A stretch of DNA of 62,738 nucleotides, the filler included, from Nemertoderma westbladi (taxonomy: Eukaryota > Animalia > Xenacoelomorpha): the NCBI GenBank assembly GCA_032718475.1. It is 3 parts of 3 records of this genome, joined end to end, with 100 filler letters (N's around TTAATTAATTAA, not from the genome) between each part and the next. Parts side by side here need not be neighbours in the genome. Positions count along the whole stretch, not along the records: positions 1 to 31,666 come from JAUCBJ010004338.1; 2 more parts are not named here. One strand, written 5' to 3'. Each line of letters starts with the position of its first letter. The first letter of the stretch is position 1. The notes beneath the pieces were generated by a model, which did no database searches, was not told where the DNA came from, and worked only from the letters and a program-made list of their open reading frames with translations. Below are positions 13,473-27,500 of this stretch, one piece after another. The position numbers were made by a program, and so were the translations under genes.

Positions 13473-16400
13473 GAAGGCCAGGGTCAAGGATACCCCAGTG
13501 AAGGCCAGGCACAAGGATAGCCCAGTGAAGACCAGGCTCAATGATAGCCCTGAGTCGACCAGACTCAATAATAGCACTAAGATGGCCGGGCACAAGGATA
13601 GCCCAGTGAAGACCAGGCACAAGGATAGTCCGGTGAAGGCCAGGCACAAGGATAGCCCAGTGAAGGTCAGGCTCAATGATAGCCCCGAGTGGACCAGTCT
13701 CAATGATAGCACTAAGATGGCCAGGCACAAAGATTCCCCAGTGAAGGCCAGGCACAAGGATACCCCAGTGAATGCCAGGCACAAGGATAGCCCAGTGAAG
13801 GGCAGGCTCAAGGATAGCCCAGTGAAGGCCAGGCACACGGATAGCGCAGTGAAGGCCAGGCTCAAGGATAGCCCAGTGAAGGCCAGGCACAAGGATAGCC
13901 CAGTAAAGGCCAGGGTCAAGGATACCCCAGTGAAGGCCAGGCTCAAGGATAGCCCTGAGTCGACCAGGCTCAATGATAACCCTGAGTCGGCCAGACTAAA
14001 TGATAGCCCTGAGTCGACCAGGCTAAATGATAACACTAAGATGGCCAGGCACAAGGATACCCCAGTGAAGGCTAGGCACAAGGATACCCCAGAGAAGGCC
14101 AGGAACAAGGATAGCCCAGTGAAGGCCTGGCTCAATGATAACCCTGAGTCGGCCAAACTCAATGATAGCTTTGAGTCGACCAGGCTCAATGATAGCTTTA
14201 AGTCGACCAAGCTCAAGGATACCCCTGAGTCGGCCAGGCTCAAGGATACCCCTGAGTCGGCCAGGCTCAATGATAGCACTAAGATGGCCAGGCACAAGGA
14301 TACCCCAGTGAAGGCCAGGCTCAATGATAGCCCTGAGTCGGCCAGGCTCAATAATAGCACTAAGATGGCCAGGCAAAAGGATACCCCAGTGAAGGCCAGG
14401 CACAAGGATACCCCAGTGAAGGCCAGACACAAGGATATCCCAGTGAAGGTCAGGCTCAATGATAGCCCTGAGTCGGCCAGGCTCAATGATAGCCCTGAGT
14501 CGACCAGACACAATGATAGCCCTGAGTCGGCCAGACTCAATGATAGCCCTGAGTCAACCAGACTCAATGATAGCCCCGAGTCAACCAGACTCAATGATAG
14601 CCCCGAGTCAACCAGACTCAATGATAGCACTAAGATGGCCAGGCACAATGATACCCCAGTGAAGGTCAGGCTCAATGATAGCCCTGAGTCGACCAGACTC
14701 AATGATAGCACTAAGATGGCCAGGCACAATGATACCCCAGTGAATGTCAGGCTCAATGATACCCCGGGGTCGGCCAGGCTCAAGGATAGCCCAGTGAAGG
14801 CCAGGGTCAAGGATACCCCAGTGAAGGCCAGGCACAAGGATACCCCAGTGAAGACCAGGCACAAGGATAGCCCAGTGAAGGCCAGGGTCAAGGATACCCC
14901 AGTGAAGGCCAGGAACAAGGATACCCCAGTGAAGGCCAGGCACAAGGATAGTCCGGTGAAGGCCAGGCACAATGATACCCCAGTGAAGGCCAGGCTCAAT
15001 GATAGCCCCGAGTGGACCAGTCTCAATGATAGCACTAAGATGGCCAGGCACAAAGATTCCCCAGTGAAGGCCAGGCACAAGGATACCCCAGTGAATGCCA
15101 GGCACAAGGATAGCCCAGTGAAGGGCAGGCTCAAGGATAGCCCAGTGAAGGCCAGGCACACGGATAGCGCAGTGAAGGCCAGGCTCAAGGATAGCCCAGT
15201 GAAGGCCAGGCACAAGGATAGCCCAGTAAAGGCCAGGGTCAAGGATAACCCAGTGAAGGCCAGGCTCAAGGATAGCCCTGAGTCGACCAGGCTCAATGAT
15301 AGCCCTGAGTCGGCCAGACTAAATGATAGCCCTGAGTCGACCAGGCTAAATGATAGCACTAAGATGGCCAGGCACAAGGATACCCCAGTGAAGGCCAGGC
15401 ACAAGGATAGCCCAGTGAAGGCCAGGCTCAAGGATAGCCCAGTGAAGGCCAGGCACAAGGATAGAGCAGTGAAAACCAGGCTCAAGGATAGCCCAGTGAA
15501 GGCCAGGCTCAAGGATAGCCCAGTGAAGGCCAGGCTCATGGATAGCCCAGAGAAGGCCAGGCACAACTATAGCCCAGTGAAGGCCAAGCTCAAGGATAGC
15601 CCAGTGAAGGCCAGGCTCAAGGATAACCCTGAGTCGGCCAGACTAAATGATAACCCTGAGTCGACCAGGCTCAATGATAGCCCTGAGTCGACCAGGATCA
15701 ATGATAGCCCAGTGAAGGCCAGGCACAAGGATAGCGCAGTGAAGACCAGGCTCAAGGATAGCCCAGTGAAGGCCAGGCTCAAGGATAGCCCAGTGAAGGC
15801 CAGGCTCAAGGATAGCCCAGAGAAGGCCAGGCACAACTATAGCCCAGTGAAGGCCAGGCTCAAGGATAGCCCAGTGAAGGCCAGGCTCAAGGATAGCCCA
15901 GTGAAGGCCAGGCTCAAGGATAACCCTGAGTCGGCCAGACTAAATGATAACCCTGAGTCGACCAGGCTCAATGATAGCCCTGAGTCGACCAGGATCAATG
16001 ATAGCCCTGAGTCGGCCAGGCTTAATGATAGCACTAAGATGGCCAGGCACAAGGATGCCCCAGTGAAGGCCAGGCTCAATGATAGCCCTGAGTCGGCCAG
16101 GCTCAATAATAGCACTAAGATGGCCAGGCAAAAGGATACCCCAGTGAAGGCCAGGCACAAGGATACCCCAGTGAAGGCCAGGCACAAGGATACCCCAGAG
16201 AAGGCCAGGAACAAGGATAGCCCAGTGAAGGCCAGGCTCAATGATAACCTTGAGTCGGCCAGACTCAATGATAGCTTTGAGTCGACCAGGCTCAATGATA
16301 GCTTTAAGTCGACCAAGCTCAAGGATACCCCTGAGTCGGCCAGGCTCTAGGATACCCCTGAGTCGGCCAGGCTCAATGATAGCCCTGAGTCGGCCAGGCT

Positions 16401-19400
16401 CAATGATAGCACTAAGATGGCCAGGCACAAGGATACCCCAGTGAAGGCCAGGCACAAGGATACCCCAGAGAAGGCCAGGAACAAGGATAGCCCAGTGAAG
16501 GCCAGGCTCAATGATAACCTTGAGTCGGCCAGACTCAATGATAGCTTTGAGTCGACCAGGCTCAATGATAGCTTTAAGTCGACCAAGCTCAAGGATACCC
16601 CTGAGTCGGCCAGGCTCTAGGATACCCCTGAGTCGGCCAGGCTCAATGATAGCCCTGAGTCGGCCAGGCTCAATGATAGCACTAAGATGGCCAGGCACAA
16701 GGATACCCCAGTGAAGGCCAGGCTCAATGATAGCCCTGAGTCGATCAGACTCAATGATAACCCTGAGTCGGCCAGGCTCAATGATAGCACTAAGATGGCC
16801 AGGCACAAGGATACCCCAGTGAAGACCAGGCACAAGGATTTACCAGTGAATGCCAGGCACAAGGATAGCCCAGTGAATGCCAGGCACAAGGATAGCCCAG
16901 TGAAGGTCAGGCTCATTGATAGCCCCGAGTCGACCAGACTCAATGATAGCACTAAGATGGCCAGGCACAAGGATAGCCCAGTGAAGGCCAGGCACAAGGA
17001 TAGCCCAGCGAAGGTCAGGCTCAATGATAGCCCTGAGTCGGCCAGGCTCAATGATAGCCCTGAGTCGACCAGACTCAATGATAGCCCTGAGTCGGCCAGA
17101 CTCAATGATAGCCCTGAGTCGACCAGACTCAATGATAGCCCTGAGTCGGCCAGACTCAATGATAGCCCTGAGTCGGCCAGGCTCAATGAAAGCCTTGAGT
17201 CGGCCAGGCTCAATGATAGCACTAAGATGGCCAGGTAAAAGGATACCACAGTGAAGGCCAGGCACAAGGATACCCCAGAGAAGGCCAGGAACAAGGATAG
17301 CCCAGTGAAGGCCAGGCTCAATGATAACCTTGAGTCGGCCAGACTCAATGATAGCTTTGAGTCGACCAGGCTCAATGATAGCTTTAAGTCGACCAAGCTC
17401 AAGGATACCCCTGAGTCGGCCAGGCTCAATGATAGCCCTGAGTCGACCAGACTCAATGATAGCCCTGAGTCGGCCAGGCTCGATGATAGCCCTGAGTCGA
17501 CCAGACTCAATGATAGCCCTGAGTCGGCCAGACTCAATGATAGCCCTCGGTCGACCAGACTCAATGATAGCCCTGAGTCGGCCAGACTCAATGATAGCCC
17601 TGAGTCGACCAGACTCAATGATAGCCCTGAGTCGGCCAGACTCAATGATAGCCCTGAGTCGGCCAGACTCAATGATAGCCCTGAGTCGGCCAGGCTCAAT
17701 GATAGCCCTCGGTCGACCAGGCTCAATGAAAGCCCTGAGTCGGCCAGACTCAATGTTAGCAATACAATGATACCCCAGTGAAGGTCAGACTCAATGATAC
17801 CCCTGAGTCGGCCAGACTCAATGATAGCCCTGAGTCGGCCAGGCTCAATGAAAGCCCTGAGTCGGCCAGGCTCAATGTTAGCCCTGAGTCGACCAGACTC
17901 AATGATAGCCCTGAGTCGACCAGACTCAATGATAGCCCTGAGTCGGCCAGACTCAATGATAGCCCTGAGTCGACCAGACTCAATGATAGCCCTGAGTCGG
18001 CCAGACTCAATGATAGCCCTGAGTCGGCCAGGCTCAATGAAAGCCCTGAGTCGGCCAGGCTCAATGATAGCACTAAGATGGCCAGGTAAAAGGATACCAC
18101 AGTGAAGGCCAGGCACAAGGATACCCCAGTGAAGGTCAGGCGCAATGAAAGCCCTGATTCGATCAGACTCAATGATAACCCTGAGTCGGCCAGGCTCAAT
18201 GATAGCACTAAGATGGCCAGGCATAAGGATACCCCAGTGAAGACCAGGCACAAGGATTTACCAGTGAATGCCAGGCACAAGGATAGCCCAGTGAAGGCCA
18301 GGCTCAATGATAGCCCTGAGTCGGCCAGGATCAATGATAGCACTAAGATGGCCAGGCACAAGGATACCCCAGTGAAGGCCAGGCACAAGGATTTCCCAGT
18401 GAAGGCCAGGCACAAGGAAAGCCCAGTGAAGGTCAGGCTCGATGATAGCCCTGAGTCGACCAGACACAATGATAGCACTAAGATGGCCGGGCACAAGGAT
18501 ACCCAATTGAAGGCCAGGCACAAGGATAGCCCAGTGAAGGTCAGGCTCAATGATAGCCCTGACTCGGCCAGGCTCAATGATATCCCTGAGTCGACCAGAC
18601 TCAATGGTAGCCCTGAGTCAACCAGACTCAATGATAGCAATAATATGGCCAGGCACAATGATACCCCAGTGAAGGTCAGGCTCAATGATAGCCCTGAGTC
18701 GACCAGACTCAATGATAGCACTAAGATGGCCAGGCACAATGATACCCCAGTGAAGGTCAGGCTTAATGATACCCCGGGGTCGGCCAGGCTCAATGATAGC
18801 ACTAAGATCGTCAGGCACAAGAATGCCACAGTGAAGGCCAGGCACAAGGATTCCCCAGTGAAGGCCAGGCATAAGGATAGCCCAGTGAAGGCCAGGCTCA
18901 AGGATAGCCCAGTGAATGCCAGGGTCAAGGATACCCCAGTGAAGACCAGCCACAAGGATACCCCAGTGAAGGACAGGCACAAGGATAGCCCAGTGAAGGC
19001 CAGGCACAAGGATAGCCCAGTGAAGGTCAGGCTCAATGATAGCCCCGAGTCGACCAGTCTCAATGATAGCACTAAGATGGCCAGGCACAAAGATTCCCCA
19101 GTGAAGGCCAGGCACAAGGATACCCCAGTGAAGGCCAGGAACAATGAAAGCCCTGATTCGATCAGACTCAATGATAACCCTGAGTTGGCCAGGCTCAATG
19201 ATAGCACTAAGATGGCCAGGCATAAGGATACCCCAGTGAAGACCAGGCACAAGGATTTACCAGTGAATGCCAGGCACAAGGATAGCCCAGTGAAGGCCAG
19301 GCTTAATGATAGCCCAGTGAAGGCCAGGCACAAGGATAGCGCAGTGAAGGCCAGGCTCAAGGATAGCCCAGTGAAGGCCAGGCTCAAGGATAGCCCAGTG

Positions 19401-22400
19401 AAGGCCAGGCTCAAGGATTGCCCAGAGAAGGCCAGGATCAATGATAGCACTAAGATGGCCAGGCACAAAGATTCCCCAGTGAAGGCCAGGCACAAGGATA
19501 CCCCAGTGAAGGCCAGGCACAATGATAGCCCAGTGAAGGCCAGGCTCAAGGATAGCCCAGTGAAGCCCAGGCACAAGGATAGCGCAGTGAAGGCCAGGCT
19601 CAAGGATAGCCCAGTGAAGGCCAGGCTCAAGGATAGCCCAGTGAAGTTCAGGCTCAATGATAGCCCCGAGTCGACCAGTCTCAATGATAGCACTAAGATG
19701 GCCAGGCACAAAAATTCCCCAGTGAAGGCCAGGCACAAGGATTTACCAGTGAATGCCAGGAACAAGGATAGCCCAGTGAATGCCAGGCACAAGGATAGCC
19801 CAGTGAAGGTCAGGCTCAATGATAGCCCAGAGTCGACCAGACTCAATGATAGCACTAAGATGGCCAGGCACAAGGATAGCCCAGTGAAGGCCAGGCACAA
19901 GGATAGCCCAGCGAAGGTCAATGATAGCCCTGAGTCGGCCAGGCTCATTGATAGCCCTCGGTCGACCAGACTCAATGATAGCCCTGAGTCGGCCAGACTC
20001 AATGATAGCCCTGAGTCGGCCAGGCTCAATGAAAGCCCTGAGTCGGCCAGACTCAATGTTAGCAATACAATGATACCCCAGTGAAGGTCAGACTCAATGA
20101 TACCCCAGTGAAGGTCAGACTCAATGATACCCCTGAGTCGGCCAGGATCAATGATAGCACTAAGATGGCCAGGCACAAGGATACCCCAGTGAAGGCCATG
20201 CACAAGGATTTCCCAGTGAAGGCCAGGCACAAGGAAAGCCCAGTGAAGCTCAGGCTCGATGATAGCCCTGAGTCGACCAGACACAATGATAGCACTAAGA
20301 TGGCCGGGCACAAGGATACCCAATTGAAGGCCAGGGTCAAGGATACCCCAGTGAAGGCCAGGCTCAAGGATAGCCCTGAGTCGGAAGGACTAAATGATAG
20401 CCCTGAGTCGACCAGGCTAAATGATAGCACTAAGATGGCCAGGCACAAGGATAGCCCAGTGAAGGCCAGGCTCAAGGATAGCCCAGTGAAGGCCAGGCAC
20501 AAGGATAGCGCAGTGAAGACCAGGCTCAAGGATAGCCCAGTGAAGGCCAGGCTCAAGGATAGCCCAGTGAAGGCCAGGCTCAAGGATAGCAGAAGGCCAG
20601 GCACAACTATAGCCCAGTGAAGGCCAGGCTCAAGGATATCCCAGTGAAGGCCAGGCTCAAGGATAGCCCAGTGAAGGCCATGCTCAAGGATAACCCTGAG
20701 TCGGCCAGACTAAATGATAACCCTGAGTCGACCAGGCTCAATGATAGCCCTGAGTCGACCAGGATCAATGATAGCCCTGAGTCGGCCAGGCTTAATGATA
20801 GCACTAAGATGGCCAGGCACAAGGATACCCCAGTGAAGGCCAGGCACAAGGATACCCCAGAGAAGGCCAGGAACAATGATAGCCCAGTGAAGGCCAGGCT
20901 CAATGATATCCCTGAGTCGGCCAGACTCAATGATAGCTTTGAGTCGACCAGGCTCAATGATAGCTTTAAGTCGACCAAGCTCAAGGATACCCCTGAGTCG
21001 GCCAGGCTCAAGGATACCCCTGAGTCGGCCAGGCTCAATGATAGCCCTGAGTCGGCCAGGCTCAATGATAGCACTAAGATGGCCAGGCACAAGGATACCC
21101 CAGTGAAGGCCAGGCTCAATGATAGCCCTGAGTCGGCCAGGCTCAATAATAGCACTAAGATGGCCAGGCACAAGGATACCCCAGTGAAGGTCAGGCGCAA
21201 TGATAGCCCTGAGTCGATCAGACTCAATGATAACCCTGAGTCGGCCAGGCTCAATGATAGCACTAAGATGGCCAGGCACAAGGATACCCCAGTGAAGACC
21301 AGGCACAAGGATTTACCAGTGAATGCCAGGCACAAGGATAGCCCAGTGAATGCCAGGCACAAGGATAGACCAGTGAAGGTCAGGCTCAATGATAGCCCCG
21401 TGTCGACCAGACTCAATGATAGCACTAAGATGGCCAGGCACAAGGATAGCCCATTGAAGGCCAGGCACAAGGATAGCCCAGCGAAGGTCAGGCTCAATGA
21501 TAGCCCTGAGTCGGCCAGGCTCAATGATAGCCCTGAGTAGGCCAGACTCAATGATAGCCCTGAGTCGGCCAGGCTCAATGAAAGCCCTGAGTCGGCCAGA
21601 CTCAATGTTAGCAATACAATGATACCCCAGTGAAGGTCAGACTCAATGATACCCCTGAGTCGGCCAGGCTCAATGATAGCCCTGAGTCGGCCAGGCTCAA
21701 TGATAGCACTAAGATGGCCAGGTAAAAGGATACCACAGTGAAGGCCAGGCACAAGGATACCCCAGTGAAGGTCAGGCGCAATGAAAGCCCTGATTCGATC
21801 AGACTCAATGATAACCCTGAGTCGGCCAGGCACAATGATACCCCAGTGAAGGTCAGGCTTAATGATACCCCGGGGTTGGCCAGGCTCAATGAAAGCACTA
21901 AGATCGTCAGGCACAAGAATGCCACAGTGAAGGCCAGGCACAAGGATTCCCCAGTGAAGGCCAGGCATAAGGATAGCCCAGTGAACGCCAGGCTCAAGGA
22001 TAGCCCAGTGAAGTCCAGGGTCATTGTTACCCCAGTGAAGACCAGCCACAAGGATACCCCAGTGAAGGACAGGCACAAGGATAGCCCAGTGAAGGCCAGG
22101 CACAAGGATAGCCCAGTGAAGGTCAGGCTCAATGATAGCCCCGAGTCGACCAGTCTCAATGATAGCACTAAGATGGCCAGGCACAAAGATTCCCCAGTGA
22201 AGGCCAGGTACAAGTATACCCCAGTGAAGGCCAGGCACAATGATAGCCCAGTGAAGGCCAGGCTCAAGGATAGCCCAGTGAAGCCCAGGCACAAGGATAG
22301 CGCAGTGAAGGCCAGGCTCAAGGATAGCCCAGTGACGGCCAGGGACAAGGATAGCCCAGTGAAGGCCAGGGTCAAGGATACCCCAGTGAAGGCGAGGCTC

Positions 22401-24504
22401 AAGGATAGTCCTGAGTCGACCAGGCTCAATGATACCCCTGAGTCGGCCAGACTAAATGATAGCCCTGAGTCGACCATGCTCAATGATAGCACTATGATGG
22501 CCAGGCACAAGGATACCCCAGTGAAGGCCAGGCACAAGGATAGCCCAGTGAAGGCCAGGCTTAAGGATAGCCCAGTGAAGGCCAGGCACAAGGATAGCGC
22601 AGTGAAGGCCAGGCTCAAGGATAGCCCAGTGAAGGCCAGGCTCAAGGATAGCCCAGTGAAGGCCAGGCTCAAGGATTGCCCAGAGAAGGCCAGGATCAAT
22701 GATAGCACTAAGATGGCCAGGCACAAAGATTCCCCAGTGAAGGCCAGGCACAAGGATACCCCAGTGAAGGCCAGGCACAATGATAGCCCAGTGAAGGCCA
22801 GGCTCAAGGATAGCCCAGTGAAGCCCAGGCACAAGGATAGCGCGGTGAAGGTCAGGCTCAAGGATAGCCCAGTGAAGGCCAGGCTCAAGGATAGCCCAGT
22901 GAAGGTCAGGCTCAATGATAGCCCCGAGTCGACCAGTCTCAATGATAGCACTAAGATGGCCAGGCACAAAGATTCCCCAGTGAAGGCCAGGCACAAGGAT
23001 TTACCAGTGAATGCCAGGAACAAGGATAGCCCAGTGAATGCCAGGCACAAGGATAGCCCAGTGAATGCCAGGCACAAGGATAGCCCAGCGAAGGTCAGGC
23101 TCAATGATAGCCCTGAGTCGGCCAGGCTCAATGATAGCCCTCGGTCGACCAGGCTCAATGAAAGCCCTGAGTCGGCCAGACTCAATGTTAGCAATACAAT
23201 GATACCCCAGTGAAGGTCAGACTCAATGATACCCCTGATTCGGCCTGGCTCAATGATAGCCCTGAATCGGCCAGGCTCAATGATAGCACTAAGATGGCCA
23301 GGTAAAAGGATACCACAGTGAAGGCCAGGCACAAGGATACCCCAGTGAAGGTCAGGCGCAATGAAATCCCTGATTCGATCAGACTCAATGATAACCCTGA
23401 GTTGGCCAGGCTCAATGATAGCACTAAGATGGCCAGGCATAAGGATACCCCAGTGAAGACCAGGCACAAGGATTTACCAGTGAATGCCAGGCACAAGGAT
23501 AGCCCAGTGAAGGCCAGGCTCAATGATAGCCCTGAGTCGGCCAGGATCAATGATAGCACTAAGATGGCCAGGCACAAGGATACCCCAGTGAAGGCCAGGC
23601 ACAAGGATTTCCCAGTGAAGGCCAGGCACAAGGAAAGCCCAGTGAAGGTCAGGCTCGATGATAGCCCTGAGTCGACCAGACACAATGATAGCACTAAGAT
23701 GGCCGGGCACAAGGATACACCAGTGAAGGCCAGGCACAAGGATAGCCCAGTGAAGGCAGGCACAAGGATAGCCCAGTGAAGGAGGCCAGGCTAAAGGATA
23801 GCCCAGTGAAGGCCAGGCTCAAGTATACCCCAGTGAAGGCCAGGAACAAGGATAGCCCAGTGAAGGAGGCCAGGCTAAAGGATAGCCCAGTGAAGGCCAG
23901 GAACAAGGATAGCCCAGTGAAGGAGGCCAGGCTAAAGGATAGCCCAGTGAAGGCCAGGCTCAAGTATACCCCAGTGAAGGCCAGGAACAAGGATACCCCA
24001 GTGAAGGCTAGTCACAAGGATAGCCCAGTGAAGGCTAGTCACAAGGATAGCCCAGTGAAGGCCAGGCACAAGGATAGCCCAGTGAAGGCCAGCCACAAGG
24101 ATAGCCCAGTGAAGGTCAGGCTCAATTCTAGCCCAGTGAAGGCCAGGAACAAGGATAGCCCAGTGAAGGAGGCCAGGCTAAAGGATAGCCCAGTGAAGGC
24201 CAGGAACAAGGATAGCCCAGTGAAGGAGGCCAGGCTAAAGGATAGCCCAGTGAAGGCCAGGCTCAAGTATACCCCAGTGAAGGCCAGGCCAAAGGATAGC
24301 CCAGTGAAGGCCAGGCTCAAGTATACCCCATTGAAGGCCAGGCACAAGGATAGCCCAGTGAAGGTCAGGCTCAATGATAGCCCAGTGAAGGCCAGGCACA
24401 AGGATAGCCCAGTGAAGACCAGGCACAAGGATAGCCCAGTGAAGGCCAGGCACAAGGATAGCCCAGTGAAGGCCAGGCTCAAGGATAACCCAGTGAAGGT
24501 CAGG
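13473..24504. repeat. 27-bp satellite array (about 11 kb, about 400 units) with variant subfamilies and higher-order duplications
   Basis: Units aggccaggcacaaggatagcccagtga, gtcggccaggctcaatgatagccctga and a gcactaagatggcc variant. All ORF translations show 9-aa periodicity. Confidence 0.97.
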
Positions 24505-27500
24505 TAATTTGTATTTCTTTCAATAGAGCGGTTTATGCAAACATTATTAAACCGAAGAGGCCTTGATGTTTGCAACATGTGTTTACATAGGCCTACTGCA
24601 TGCCTGGTGTGTGTTCATAATATGATAATAATTTATTGGATGGACTGACATGTCATATTGTGTAGATAAATTTAGTAGCTATATTGTAAGAGCAAGCACA
24701 CGCACGCCTCCACATATAATGATATATTAAAATTTCTACCACACAGGAACACCCATACTGTAATGTAATGTAGGCCTGCCACAGTGTATACAGTTGGGCC
24801 TTCATACCGGTATACTAACGCACGCGGTGCAGAATATCTAATTATGTACTGAAGCGCGACTGAGTAATTGAACGAACTGAAGTTAACATTTAGTATTGAG
24901 AGTTAAGAGCTACTAATGTCCTGATTATCCAAGCGATTCGGGCCTTGTGATTTAACATGCAGTGCGACTAATCGCAAATCAGCTATAACCATATGCCCCC
25001 CTAAAAACATATTGTGTATAGTATGTAAAGCAGGTTTATTTATATACGAAATAAATATGTTATTCTTATAAATCGTTATTCTTATTATAATTCGCACGAA
25101 TTTACCCCACAATCGGGAGAAAAACGAGTACTTTTTCCCTAGTGATAAAAGTTATTAACATTGCGTAAAGGCAGCATCAGGAGTTGAAGAGTTCCATAAT
25201 TAGAAGTAAATTACTACAAAAAAGCAACAAAACTGTAATAAATAATTAGGAGCCCGCTCGACAGGCGGGATACTTACTGTAAAAATCTGTGGGATACTTA
25301 CTGTAAAAATCTCAGGATATATAACACTGACTGACTGACTGACTGATAATTATCTAGGTTCAGGCACTTCCTGCCTGGCGATTTTGTTGAAATTTTACAA
25401 GTACATTGCTTTGGTGGTTCATAATCGCGTTACAGAATATCAGATCAATTCAATGTGTGGTATTCGATATATTTCGTTTTTTTGAAATTATTTTGTCGCG
25501 AAATTAAAAGCAATGGTAAAGTAACAACTCCTGCCTGAGCTGCAGCAGCTAGCTGTGTAGAAATGGTTGAGTGCCGAGCTGCCTGAGATTGAATTCCATT
25601 AAGGCAGAATTTCGTGACTATACCCCTCCTGCTGCTGGCTGCTGGCTGAGTCTACACATCCTTTATCAGCTCTCAGGGATAGACAGAAAATAGTTGAGTT
25701 GTCAATAAACAAAATAAATTATACCACTGCAATAGGATTATATTATTATTCCAGGAATCATTGGGCTGATTATTTTGTATAGGATATACCGGTATGTAGA
25801 ATGATCTTAAAAATAATATTCTTATTTTTATTATTACATAGGATTAGCATCATTTTTTAGCTGAGCTGAAGCATTAACAGTGCAAATTAATTTAATTATA
25901 TTTTAATACCATTACTACATTGGCATACTGTAAGATAAGTTTTAACATTTCTTACAAATATTATAAAACTCAATTGTGGTGCGAGCATAAAACTCAAATC
26001 ACGCAAATTTAAAAGAACCGGGTGTGTTGTCATAAACATCTATCTCCATAGATTATTCTGCTTGACTGGGTCTGGGTGCGGCTTTGCTTTTGGGACGGGG
26101 TGCTGATTGAAAGGGGGGTTGAAGGGGGGAACTGTCCCCCCTTTTCACTTTGACTGATTTGCGGTTTTGTTAAATTTCTTGGATATAGTTGTTGTGATGC
26201 TAAAATTTAATTTGTCTTTGATAATGTATTATTTTGTTTTATATTGTTTAGACCTTAAATTTTCATAATATATTAGTTGAGTTTTTGTTTATACATTTGC
26301 TCTATAATATATTATATAATTTGTATTTATTCAAAAAATTGAATGAAATACTGTTATCACTATTATTATTTTACTAGGACTACTGACACTAATGTGGAAC
26401 AGGTAGGATATTTGCACTTTGTATGTGTTTTAGTTTTAGTAACTATAGCTACCCCTTTCTATTGTTAGTTTTGTTCTATAATGCAGCATTGGTTGATTGC
26501 CTTAGCAGCCGGTGTTGTAATATTCGTATGGAAATGGAGTCTGCATTTATAATATAGGGTGGTTCTATGGTGGGTTCAGGGTCATCACTCGCTCGGTGTC
26601 CTGGTTGTGCATCATGGGCATTTTTTCATAAATATTCGGTAATCTTAAATCTTGTAAACGTGCTTGATAATGAAATTATTTGCTTCATATTATATTTTTG
26701 TTAGTGGTAGCAAAGTTTAATTTTTTATTATGTGGGACGATCGACAAAGTCAGCTAGCCTCACGCCTTACAGTTTAGACAATTGTTTAGTTTAGGCCTAC
26801 TTACTAGGCCTACAGCTGACTGACTTAGTTCATTTGTAATAGTCTTGGCTAGGATTCTTCCCCCGGGTTCCTTCCAGCCAGCTTGCTGGCTTTCTAGTTA
26901 TAATGTTGAATTATATTGCAATGGTTCTTATATGTACAGTAATACTTAAATAGTAATGAAAAATTTTTTTTAATGCGTTGGACACAATGCAGTACAATTG
27001 TTTATTTATGTGACACTATTTATGATACCGGTCTTGGTGCGAATTAGCCAAACAAACTGTTATTGTTAGTGACGAATTCCTAGAGTTGTTTTGCTTTAAC
27101 GGAAGATAGATAGTTCTAGAACCTTTTAGAATATGTCCTCTGTGTATGAAATCTCAGTAGTTGGGTACTAAACCGTAATATAATTAGTATATTATAATTT
27201 AGATAGATGAATGCACTTAGTACACAGTAATAACTTTTCTTTTAAATATCGCCTTTATTGACCGCAAAAGTACGGATAATAAAGACTTCAATGTCCCATT
27301 TTAGGACAACAAAGTAACTATCCAATCAACCTTCCAATAATGCGAGTAATAAAATATTTATCCAATCAACGATCTAGAAGTGTATTCTTTTGAATTCGTA
27401 ATATTTTTCCTAGACCCAGTAATTACGTTGGCAATTTATAATAATAATTTAGAATTAAAATTAAGGTAAGTAGGATCGTTTGCTCCAGCAGCTAGTTTAA

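Noticed and set aside
13396-24578. Many long ORFs on both strands (up to 950 aa)
   Set aside because: By-product of a 27-bp unit lacking stops in several frames; interrupted by stops and frame-breaking units, with no unique domain.
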